From a virus, in IMG/VR virus record IMGVR_UViG_3300015086_000001, positions 1 to 32,805 of that record: a DNA stretch of 32,805 bases; one strand, written 5' to 3'. The number at the start of each line of letters is the position of its first letter. Position 1 is the first letter of the stretch. The position numbers and the translations under genes were made by a program. The notes under the pieces are model-generated. The model worked only from the letters and a program-made list of their open reading frames with translations, searched no databases and had not been told where the DNA came from. Shown one piece after another: positions 12,611-18,760 of this stretch.

Positions 12611-12846
12611 GCCCAAGCAGTAACGCACCGCAGAGCGCGTTCAAGCGGCCTCGCCGGGTGAAGCCGGCATACGACATCCAGGTCGGCGACGTCGTGCGCA
12701 TCGGCAACAGCTCGTTGCGCTGGGTCGTCGAGGAGTTCGGCGACCTCACGCCCGGCGTGCCCTACGCCGACCTGCGACCAGTGGCTGGGCCTGGCGTAGC
12801 CAGAGCCACGCTCGACCGGCTCAGCGTCGTCAGCAAGGGAAGATGA
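12607..12846 (+). CDS. 79-aa hypothetical protein
   Basis: ATGA overlap with the upstream gene and good GC3. The protein is MSPSSNAPQSAFKRPRRVKPAYDIQVGDVVRIGN.. Confidence 0.65.
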   Translation: MSPSSNAPQSAFKRPRRVKPAYDIQVGDVVRIGNSSLRWVVEEFGDLTPGVPYADLRPVAGPGVARATLDRLSVVSKGR

Positions 12847-12849
12847 GCT

Positions 12850-13485
12850 GTGACCACTGACCGTGAAGCAATATTCACCGACACACGGTCTCGACGGATC
12901 CCCAGCTGGCTGTCCCATCTGCGGACCGACCGGCGAGGTCTACCAGTGCCGTACGTGAACCTCTGGGGAGAGGAGGACCTGACGAGGGTGCGGATTGCGT
13001 ACGACCGGCATACCGACTCGGAGGCGTTGTTCCTGGACGACGATGACCAGGAGATCCCCGACTTCACGCGGCAGAACATGGGCAGGCAGCGGGAGTGCAT
13101 GGTCGACGGGCTCTGTCAGGTCTGCCACCGCCAGGTGCCGTGGTCACGCCGGTTCGTGGTCGTGTCGGGGATGAGTGTCCAGCCGATCAACGTCCCGAAG
13201 TTCGGCGACGTGGTCGTGATCCACGAGCCGTGGCTCTGCCAGCGGTGCGCCCAGTTCGCAATCGAGGTATGCCCGGCGCTGATCCGCCGTTCCCGCGAGG
13301 ACGAGCTGAAGCTGATCCAGGTCAGCTCGCAGATGGACGTGTCGATAGTTGTCTCTCGAGGTTGGATCGAGGGGCCTCTGGAGGAGGAGACGAAACGGGT
13401 GCAGCCTGCGATGTGGTGCAAGATCCTGCTGACGAGAACGCGATTGGAAATCGGCCGTGGCGTTGAGAGCGCGATGAGCCGATGA
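12850..13485 (+). CDS. 211-aa Cys-rich hypothetical early protein
   Basis: GTG 12850. Cysteine motifs are CQVCHRQ and EPWLCQRCAQFAIEVCPAL. It carries the start-proximal motif at 12857-12868. Confidence 0.8.
   Translation: MTTDREAIFTDTRSRRIPSWLSHLRTDRRGLPVPYVNLWGEEDLTRVRIAYDRHTDSEALFLDDDDQEIPDFTRQNMGRQRECMVDGLCQVCHRQVPWSRRFVVVSGMSVQPINVPKFGDVVVIHEPWLCQRCAQFAIEVCPALIRRSREDELKLIQVSSQMDVSIVVSRGWIEGPLEEETKRVQPAMWCKILLTRTRLEIGRGVESAMSR
12857..12868 (+). promoter_or_regulatory. Start-proximal element copy 1 (CTGACCGTGAAG)
   Basis: It begins 7 nt after the first base of GTG 12850 and encodes T-D-R-E with the CGT and GAA codons. Confidence 0.5.
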
Positions 13486-13826
13486 GCCCGGATGCTGACC
13501 GTGAAGAGATAGTCATTGCCGCCCCGCGCATGTCGATTGCCGAGTTCCGCAGGCTCGGCTACGTGCAAGAGATCAACCGCCTACTGCTTCACCCATGCGG
13601 ACTGGCACTTGAGGTGTCTGTCGCAGAGGATGGCACCGAAACGCTCGGTGGGATCTGGGACTATCGCGAGGACCCCGAGGGCATCTATTACAGCGGCAAC
13701 CTGACTGACGATCTCTCAGCCAAGGCGCTCAGAGTCGCAGCCGAACGGGCTAGGCGCGCAGATGCTCGCATCGAGATGCTCGGCTACATCGTGCAACCCG
13801 TGGACGGCATGAGGAGGCAACGATGA
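13482..13826 (+). CDS. 114-aa hypothetical early protein
   Basis: ATGA overlap. The protein is MSPDADREEIVIAAPRMSIAEFRRLGYVQEINRLLLHPCGLAL.. Confidence 0.8.
   Translation: MSPDADREEIVIAAPRMSIAEFRRLGYVQEINRLLLHPCGLALEVSVAEDGTETLGGIWDYREDPEGIYYSGNLTDDLSAKALRVAAERARRADARIEMLGYIVQPVDGMRRQR
13494..13506 (+). promoter_or_regulatory. Start-proximal element copy 2 (GCTGACCGTGAAG)
   Basis: The CTGACC core begins 13 nt after the first base of ATG 13482. The 13 nt are identical to copy 3. Confidence 0.5.
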
Positions 13827-13981
13827 GTATCGACAGAGTGGAGCCCAGCGCCGACATGCGTCAGAACGCCCACCAGCTCCGGGAGATGTTCATCGCACTG
13901 GTGGAGGAAGGCTTCACCGAAGCGCAAGCCGTCGGCATCATCGGGAAGATCCTCAGCGCCGGGATGGGCAGTTCGTCATGA
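13823..13981 (+). CDS. 52-aa hypothetical protein
   Basis: ATGA overlaps at both ends. The protein is MSIDRVEPSADMRQNAHQLREMFIALVEEGFTEAQAVGIIGKIL.. It is below the ORF-track cut-off. Confidence 0.55.
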   Translation: MSIDRVEPSADMRQNAHQLREMFIALVEEGFTEAQAVGIIGKILSAGMGSSS

Positions 13982-14382
13982 CCGACTCTGCTGACCGTGA
14001 AGGTGTAGTCACGCGCACCCCTATCGCAGCGGTCTGCGTCCATGAGGATGGGTTTGAGCACCCCTCGAGTGGCAGGCTGCCCTGTTCGTGGACGCTCTCC
14101 AGGCTCGACGCTATCCGCGAGCGTGACGAGGCGCGGGCCGAACTGGCTGACGCCAAAGACGCCTACGTTGCGGCACAGGAGGAGGAGGAGCGGCTGACCG
14201 CCGCGTGTGTCCAGTCCGAGGCTGTGATCCGTCGAGTCGAAGAAACCGTGAACACCTTGATGAGACTCAGTGGCGCTGCGCAGCGAGATCATGTGATCGG
14301 ACACCCCAACACGGCGGCCTACTCCGATGCCTACGAGAACGCGATCCGTCTGGTCCGTGCCGCTCTTGAGGAACGTCCATGA
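13978..14382 (+). CDS. 134-aa hypothetical early protein (coiled-coil segment)
   Basis: ATGA overlap. The protein is MTDSADREGVVTR... with ERDEARAELADAKDAYVAAQEEEERL. Confidence 0.8.
   Translation: MTDSADREGVVTRTPIAAVCVHEDGFEHPSSGRLPCSWTLSRLDAIRERDEARAELADAKDAYVAAQEEEERLTAACVQSEAVIRRVEETVNTLMRLSGAAQRDHVIGHPNTAAYSDAYENAIRLVRAALEERP
13990..14002 (+). promoter_or_regulatory. Start-proximal element copy 3 (GCTGACCGTGAAG)
   Basis: The CTGACC core begins 13 nt after the first base of ATG 13978. Confidence 0.5.
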
Positions 14383-14549
14383 GCGACCAGCCTGCTGACC
14401 GTGATGGGATGTTCTACATCCGAGTCCTCGAGGATGGCAGCACAGTCGCGATCTGCAGACGGTGCGGCGCAAAGGTCGTCGACATCCTCGACGCTGCTCA
14501 CGTCTGCGACCCGGCCAGCGCCGAAGACCCTCCATGGCAGGACTACTGA
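14379..14549 (+). CDS. 56-aa CxxC protein
   Basis: ATGA overlap. The protein is MSDQPADRDGMFYIRVLEDGSTVAICRRCGAKVVDILDAAHVCDP.. It is below the ORF-track cut-off. Confidence 0.55.
   Translation: MSDQPADRDGMFYIRVLEDGSTVAICRRCGAKVVDILDAAHVCDPASAEDPPWQDY
14394..14406 (+). promoter_or_regulatory. Start-proximal element copy 4 (GCTGACCGTGATG)
   Basis: The CTGACC core begins 16 nt after the first base of ATG 14379. It matches copies 2 and 3 at 12 of 13 positions. Confidence 0.45.
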
Positions 14550-14878
14550 TGACCCCCGACGCTGACGCGGACCCCACCACATTCCGGGAGTATGTGGAGG
14601 CATACCGGACCGCGGTCAACAGTGAGGCCCAGCATGAGGCCGACACCCTGAAGGACGAGGCGATGCAGCAGGTGAGCGTTGGGGAGCAGGTCGCCGAGCT
14701 CAGTAGATCGCTGCGTCAGAAGGATGCCACCATCGACCGTGTCAGAGCGCTCACCGACGAATGGCACGTGGTTACTGACCGCGATCGCACACACGCACCC
14801 GGCATATGTCACAAATGGCATCCCGACTGCCTGGTGCTCGCTATCCGCGACGTGCTCGAGGAGCCACCTCGTGGGTGA
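14549..14878 (+). CDS. 109-aa hypothetical early protein
   Basis: TGATG overlap. The protein is MTPDADADPTTFREYVEAYRTAV.. A degenerate motif copy, GCTGACGCGGACC, lies at 14561-14573. Confidence 0.7.
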   Translation: MTPDADADPTTFREYVEAYRTAVNSEAQHEADTLKDEAMQQVSVGEQVAELSRSLRQKDATIDRVRALTDEWHVVTDRDRTHAPGICHKWHPDCLVLAIRDVLEEPPRG

Positions 14879-15380
14879 CTTCGACGCCGCCCAGGTCCTC
14901 GCTGAGGTCATCCACTACGCCCTCAACCCCAAAGGCAATGACTTCCAGCGGGAGGCGCGCGCCGTCATCGCGGCCATCAAGGCCGACACGCCGCAGGGCG
15001 CCGAGCTCCGGAGAGCCATCTTTGGATTCGGGCCGGCGCCTGCGCTGTGGGACCGCCTGGACAAGACGGCACCCACATCGGCACAGATGATCGAGTGGTA
15101 CGCGCCGCACACCGCCGAGCTGATCCACTCCGAGCACTTGGCCGCCCACGCTCGCGACATGGCAGGGACGGCCACAGGCACGGAAGAGGCCGCTCTGTGG
15201 ACGCAGATCGCCGCCGAGATCGACGGCTGGCTCGACGAACCCAACACTGCTGACCAGCTGCGTGAGGACAGGGTCACCAGCACCGAGCGTGACGCGGCCT
15301 GGTACGAGGCTCGCCGTGGGCGCGCAGACGACGTGCGCCCGTCCCGGCTAGAAGCGGAACGCGACGCGGACGACTCATAA
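14871..15380 (+). CDS. 169-aa hypothetical early protein
   Basis: GTG 14871 overlaps the upstream gene by 8 nt; the ORF is open from 14679, so the start is uncertain. Acidic C-terminus. Confidence 0.7.
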   Translation: MGDFDAAQVLAEVIHYALNPKGNDFQREARAVIAAIKADTPQGAELRRAIFGFGPAPALWDRLDKTAPTSAQMIEWYAPHTAELIHSEHLAAHARDMAGTATGTEEAALWTQIAAEIDGWLDEPNTADQLREDRVTSTERDAAWYEARRGRADDVRPSRLEAERDADDS

Positions 15381-15382
15381 TC

Positions 15383-15538
15383 ATGGTTATGCACATCGTC
15401 GTCCTGGCACTGCTCATCGTGGCCGCGCTCCTATTCCTGCTCGCAGCCATCGGCGTCTCATCACGCCTGAACCTCGTCGCATTCGGCCTGCTCGCCTGGG
15501 TGAGCACGCTGCTGGTCACAGAGCTGGGCGGCAAGTAG
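15383..15538 (+). CDS. 51-aa two-TM membrane peptide
   Basis: MVMHIVVLALLIVAALLFLLAAIGVSSRLNLVAFGLLAWVSTLLVTELGGK. It is below the ORF-track cut-off. Confidence 0.55.
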   Translation: MVMHIVVLALLIVAALLFLLAAIGVSSRLNLVAFGLLAWVSTLLVTELGGK

Positions 15539-15544
15539 AGACAC

Positions 15545-16330
15545 ATGATGAGCGTCGAAAAGCTCGCCATCTCCCCCTGCGTGCACCCGCGCTGCCAAGA
15601 CGCAGACGGGAACCGGCGCCTCACCACCCAGAACATGTGCGACCCCTGCCAGATCCGGTTCCGCCGCGAGCTGGGCTGGATCGTCATGGACTACGTCACG
15701 CTCAAGACGTTCCTGCCCTCACCAATGCGCCAAGGCGGCCAGACCCGTCACAACAAGAAGCAGTCGTTCGGCCACCCAGCCCAGGACGCCAGCGACGCGT
15801 GCAGCGAGATCGCCTGGATGCTCAACAACATCGAGGCCGGCCTGCGCGCCCACCTTGGAGACCTACCCGCGCCCGACCTGGTGGCCACCTACGGAAGGTA
15901 CGCCATCGGCTACCGAGTGGGCGCGCTCCTGGTGAACCACGCCCACCTCTATCTCGCCGGCCACTTCGAGCAGCTCTGCGACTGGCCCGATGTCGGCTAC
16001 CACGCGGATGCGGTGCACGACACACACCAGACCAACCGCAGCAGGTACGGCCTCACCCGTCCCATCGAGCCACGACTGCCGATGCCATGTCCCAGCTGCG
16101 ACATCGCCATGCTCGTCAGGGACGTCGGGAAGACCCAACAGCAGACCGCCTACACCTGTGAGAACTGTGGTCGGAAGATCCGTGAGGACGAGTACCTGAC
16201 GATCGCACGCATGACCATCGCCTGGCGCGTCCACGTCTACGAGGCCGAACTCCGCGCCGACGTCCTGGATCAGCTCTGCGACCTGTTCCGTGCTCTGGAG
16301 GCATCAAGGTCGGGCTCTGCGACGGCCTGA
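15545..16330 (+). CDS. 261-aa protein with two Cys4 zinc-ribbon motifs (candidate regulator)
   Basis: The N-terminus has CVHPRC..CDPC and the C-terminal part has CPSCD..CENCGRKIREDEY. Good GC3. The function is unknown. Confidence 0.8.
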   Translation: MMSVEKLAISPCVHPRCQDADGNRRLTTQNMCDPCQIRFRRELGWIVMDYVTLKTFLPSPMRQGGQTRHNKKQSFGHPAQDASDACSEIAWMLNNIEAGLRAHLGDLPAPDLVATYGRYAIGYRVGALLVNHAHLYLAGHFEQLCDWPDVGYHADAVHDTHQTNRSRYGLTRPIEPRLPMPCPSCDIAMLVRDVGKTQQQTAYTCENCGRKIREDEYLTIARMTIAWRVHVYEAELRADVLDQLCDLFRALEASRSGSATA

Positions 16331-16350
16331 CTAAACCCCAAACGCACCCC

Positions 16351-16373
16351 GGTGACCTATGCGTTATGTCACC
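16351..16373. promoter_or_regulatory. Inverted repeat GGTGAC-N11-GTCACC plus two more TGTCAC copies downstream
   Basis: TGTCAC lies at 16367-16372, 16401-16406 and 16443-16448, all upstream of the HTH gene at 16453. Confidence 0.35.
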
Positions 16374-16407
16374 GTGTGAAGATGATGCCAGTAGGCGAGC
16401 TGTCACC

Positions 16408-16440
16408 AAACCCCGACCGGATGATCCGGCGGGGTTTCGC
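16408..16440 (+). terminator. Strong hairpin after the 261-aa gene
   Basis: aaaccccg+ccgg (16408-16420, one bulged A) pairs with ccgg+cggggttt (16426-16437). The helix ends in TTT. Confidence 0.6.
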
Positions 16441-16452
16441 CATGTCACGTGA

Positions 16453-16695
16453 GTGGGTGGGCTCTTGCGCACCTCAGACTCAGACACGGATCACCTTCAC
16501 CAGCTGATCAACACTGCCGCAGCAGCCACGGCCTGCGGCGTCGGCTCGTCCACCATCAGCAACTGGGTCACCCGCGGCCATCTGAAGCCGTCAGGGCTCG
16601 ACGAGATGAACAGGCCTCTCTACAAGCTAGGCGACGTCCTCGTTGCTGCCCGTGATACTCGCCGGCGCGCTGTCGGCCATCGTCGCATCGCCTGA
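16453..16695 (+). CDS. MerR/excisionase-type HTH protein (Xis or regulator)
   Basis: GTG 16453. The protein contains ..LINTAAAATACGVGSSTISNWVTRGHLKPSG..RPLYKLGDVLVAARDTRRR, the pattern of small phage HTH_17/excisionase-like proteins. Confidence 0.65.
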   Translation: MGGLLRTSDSDTDHLHQLINTAAAATACGVGSSTISNWVTRGHLKPSGLDEMNRPLYKLGDVLVAARDTRRRAVGHRRIA

Positions 16696-16736
16696 CCCAG
16701 ATCAGCCCGCCTTCTCGCCGGACGACGCCACCACCC

Positions 16737-17123
16737 ATGCCACGAGGCTCAGGTCGGTCACTGCGACCAGGCGGGCCTGACTTCACAGTCCACTTCACAA
16801 CCCTCATCGCGTCGATTGGATCCCCCCACGTGACGACTCGAGACGCCGCCGAGAAAGCAGTCCTGGTCTACAAGGAGACTCAGCCGGCCATCGACGCGCT
16901 CAAGTCCACCACGGCTAGGAACACGGCAGCGAAGAAGACCCTCGGCGCCTACATGACCGAGAAGAACATCGCCACCTTCCGCGGCGTCACCCTGACCTGC
17001 GTGCCCTACGACGGCTGGGACTACGACAAGCTCCGCGCCTACCTTGGCGACAAGGTGAAGACCTTCCAGCGCTCCCTGGACCGCAAGCACTTCGCGATCG
17101 TGAAGCGTCGTGCCCCCAAGTAG
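16737..17123 (+). CDS. Hypothetical protein (start uncertain; GTG 16830 gives 97 aa)
   Basis: Coding quality is good from about 16830 (VTTRDAAEKAVLVYKETQPAIDALK..). The upstream part contains the tandem ACTTCACA repeat and may be non-coding. Confidence 0.6.
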   Translation: MPRGSGRSLRPGGPDFTVHFTTLIASIGSPHVTTRDAAEKAVLVYKETQPAIDALKSTTARNTAAKKTLGAYMTEKNIATFRGVTLTCVPYDGWDYDKLRAYLGDKVKTFQRSLDRKHFAIVKRRAPK

Positions 17124-17337
17124 CACGCTCACCGACAGCAGACCCGCACTGTGGACCGCACGCCGCAACGAGCAAGAGCGCCTCGCCTGGCACCGCCTGG
17201 AGCGCACCACGATCTGCGGCTGCGTCCGCTGCGGTGACCAGAGCCGCGGCCAGCGGATCGACGAGCTGATCGCCGTCTGCATCGCGAGGATCGCCGAGCT
17301 CGAGGACCGGATCTGCGACAGGAGCAGCAGCGCATGA
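17110..17337 (+). CDS. 75-aa hypothetical protein with CGCVRCG motif
   Basis: GTG 17110, overlapping the upstream gene by 14 nt. High GC3. Confidence 0.6.
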   Translation: MPPSSTLTDSRPALWTARRNEQERLAWHRLERTTICGCVRCGDQSRGQRIDELIAVCIARIAELEDRICDRSSSA

Positions 17338-17546
17338 TCCATCTGCCTGCCACTTTCACCCGCTCCCAAGTCATCGCTGCATTCAGGGAGCTTGACCTGG
17401 ACAACGACCTGGTCGCAGGCATTCAGATCACAGCGGCGCAGGTCGAGGTGCAGATGTACGTGCCGGGCAGCGCTGGCGGTCTCATGCAGATGCTCGGCGA
17501 GAACGCCACGATCGTGGTCAGCATCCCGGTCGACGAGGACCACTGA
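17334..17546 (+). CDS. 70-aa hypothetical protein
   Basis: ATGA overlap. The protein is MIHLPATFTRSQVIAAFRELDLDNDLVAGIQI.. Confidence 0.65.
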   Translation: MIHLPATFTRSQVIAAFRELDLDNDLVAGIQITAAQVEVQMYVPGSAGGLMQMLGENATIVVSIPVDEDH

Positions 17547-17625
17547 ACCCCAGGCCGGTGCCTGCACCCAACCCGCGTCGTGAGTACCGCATCTGCGAGC
17601 ACGTAACCCCATAAGGAGCAACACC

Positions 17626-17943
17626 ATGGCCGTCATCACTGCTCAAGCTGCGACAGGCAACACCGCACTCACCTACACCGCCGCCGCAGCAGGAGGCGAC
17701 ACCATCGCAGGGGGCAGCGCCCAGCGCACCACCCTGCTCGTGCGCAACGGCGGCGCATCCATCACCGTCACCCTCGTCGCGGTCAACGCCTGCTCACAAG
17801 GGTTCCTGCACAACGTCCTCATCACCGTTCCCGCCGGCGACACCGAGGTCGCGCTGCCAGCGTCATGCGCGTCCGCGGCAGGCGGATACGCCGTCACCTA
17901 CAGCGCCGTCGCGTCCGTCACCATCGCAGCCATCAACACCTGA
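17626..17943 (+). CDS. 105-aa Ala/Thr/Val-rich beta-type protein, first gene of the late block
   Basis: The strongest SD in the window (AAGGAG 17613-17618, 7-nt spacing). No functional motif was recognised. Confidence 0.8.
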   Translation: MAVITAQAATGNTALTYTAAAAGGDTIAGGSAQRTTLLVRNGGASITVTLVAVNACSQGFLHNVLITVPAGDTEVALPASCASAAGGYAVTYSAVASVTIAAINT

Positions 17944-17947
17944 ACCC

Positions 17948-18196
17948 ATGAGCACAAGGCAATGGCTGCGGATACGGCAAGTCGTCCTAGCCGGCGCCAC
18001 ACACTGCACCATCTGCGGCCAACCCCTCGACTACGACGCCCCACCACGATCATCCAGGCGCCCAAGCGTCGACCACATCACCCCCGTCGAACTCGGCGGC
18101 ACCGACGACCTATGGAACCTGCGCCCAGTCCACATCGGATGCAACAGCGCCAAAGGGTACAAATCACCAACGGTCTGCGCATCACGCGACTGGTGA
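17948..18196 (+). CDS. HNH endonuclease
   Basis: CTICGQPL..SVDHITPVELGGTDDLWNLRPVHIGCNSAKG is a canonical H-N-H with flanking Cys pairs. It lies directly upstream of the terminase, as in cos-type HK97-like phages. Confidence 0.9.
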   Translation: MSTRQWLRIRQVVLAGATHCTICGQPLDYDAPPRSSRRPSVDHITPVELGGTDDLWNLRPVHIGCNSAKGYKSPTVCASRDW

Positions 18197-18271
18197 CAAG
18201 GGGGGCGCCCAAAATAGTTCAGCCATTCGAGGCTGTGCACCCGCTCCTGGCGCCTTTTCTCTCTCTAGCGT

Positions 18272-18289
18272 CTCGGTAGCGCTACCGAG
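18272..18289. other. Perfect 18-bp palindrome CTCGGTAGCGCTACCGAG (cos/terminase-recognition candidate)
   Basis: Read directly. It lies in the 180-bp gap between the HNH and small terminase genes. Confidence 0.5.
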
Positions 18290-18305
18290 CAGCAGCCATG
18301 CAGGC

Positions 18306-18369
18306 GAGCACCGTTGCAACCAAACAGGATTCGAGCAGCGAGCAGCGTTGCAAACACACAGGATTCAGG
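18306..18369 (+). repeat. Two roughly 30-bp imperfect direct repeats GAGCAsCGTTGCAAmCAmACAGGATTC
   Basis: 18306-18335 versus 18340-18369 match at about 25 of 30 positions. A third partial copy (GTGCAACGTTCG) lies at 18377-18388. They are candidate TerS binding sites. Confidence 0.55.
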
Positions 18370-18376
18370 TGTCGTC

Positions 18377-18760
18377 GTGCAACGTTCGTGTGCTCAGTGC
18401 GGCCAGCCGTACAAGGCCAAACGAGCGACGGCGAAGTACTGCAGCTCGTTGTGCCGCACCAGGGCAAGCCGCGCCGGCAGACCGGCCAAAGCTGCACCCA
18501 AGCCCACCGAGACGTACGGCGTTCTCGAGTCCGCGACCAGACGTGAACTCGACGCCGCCGAGTGCCTGGACACGATGCTCGGCTGGGCATCGATCGAGCT
18601 CGCACGTCGGATCGAATCCTCCACCGAGTCGGGGTCTTCGGTGGCATCAATGGTCAGGGTGCTGCGGGACACGATGACCGAGGCACTCAAGGGCACGACG
18701 GTGGCCGACCCTCTGGACGAGCTGAGAGACCGGCGTGACGCCAAACGCAACGCTGGTTGA
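18377..18760 (+). CDS. terS: Terminase small subunit
   Basis: From GTG 18377: (M)QRSCAQCGQPYKAKRATAKYCSSLCRTRASR.., the zinc-finger N-terminus common in actinophage TerS. The ORF is open from TTG 18314, so the start is uncertain. It overlaps TerL. Confidence 0.7.
   Translation: MQRSCAQCGQPYKAKRATAKYCSSLCRTRASRAGRPAKAAPKPTETYGVLESATRRELDAAECLDTMLGWASIELARRIESSTESGSSVASMVRVLRDTMTEALKGTTVADPLDELRDRRDAKRNAG

Noticed and set aside
15376-15391. dif-like palindrome CATAA-TCATGG-TTATG at the 15380/15383 gene junction
   Set aside because: Only the inner 5+5 bp resemble the Xer dif core. The outer arm positions do not match what I recall of actinobacterial dif. The palindrome is largely explained by TAA-stop, spacer and ATG-GTT-ATG coding sequence. 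It is worth testing only if the Xer-like hypothesis gains support.
16758-17639. 293-aa minus-strand ORF across four + strand early genes
   Set aside because: It spans several start/stop-coupled + strand genes. Its composition is poor and it has no SD or promoter context.
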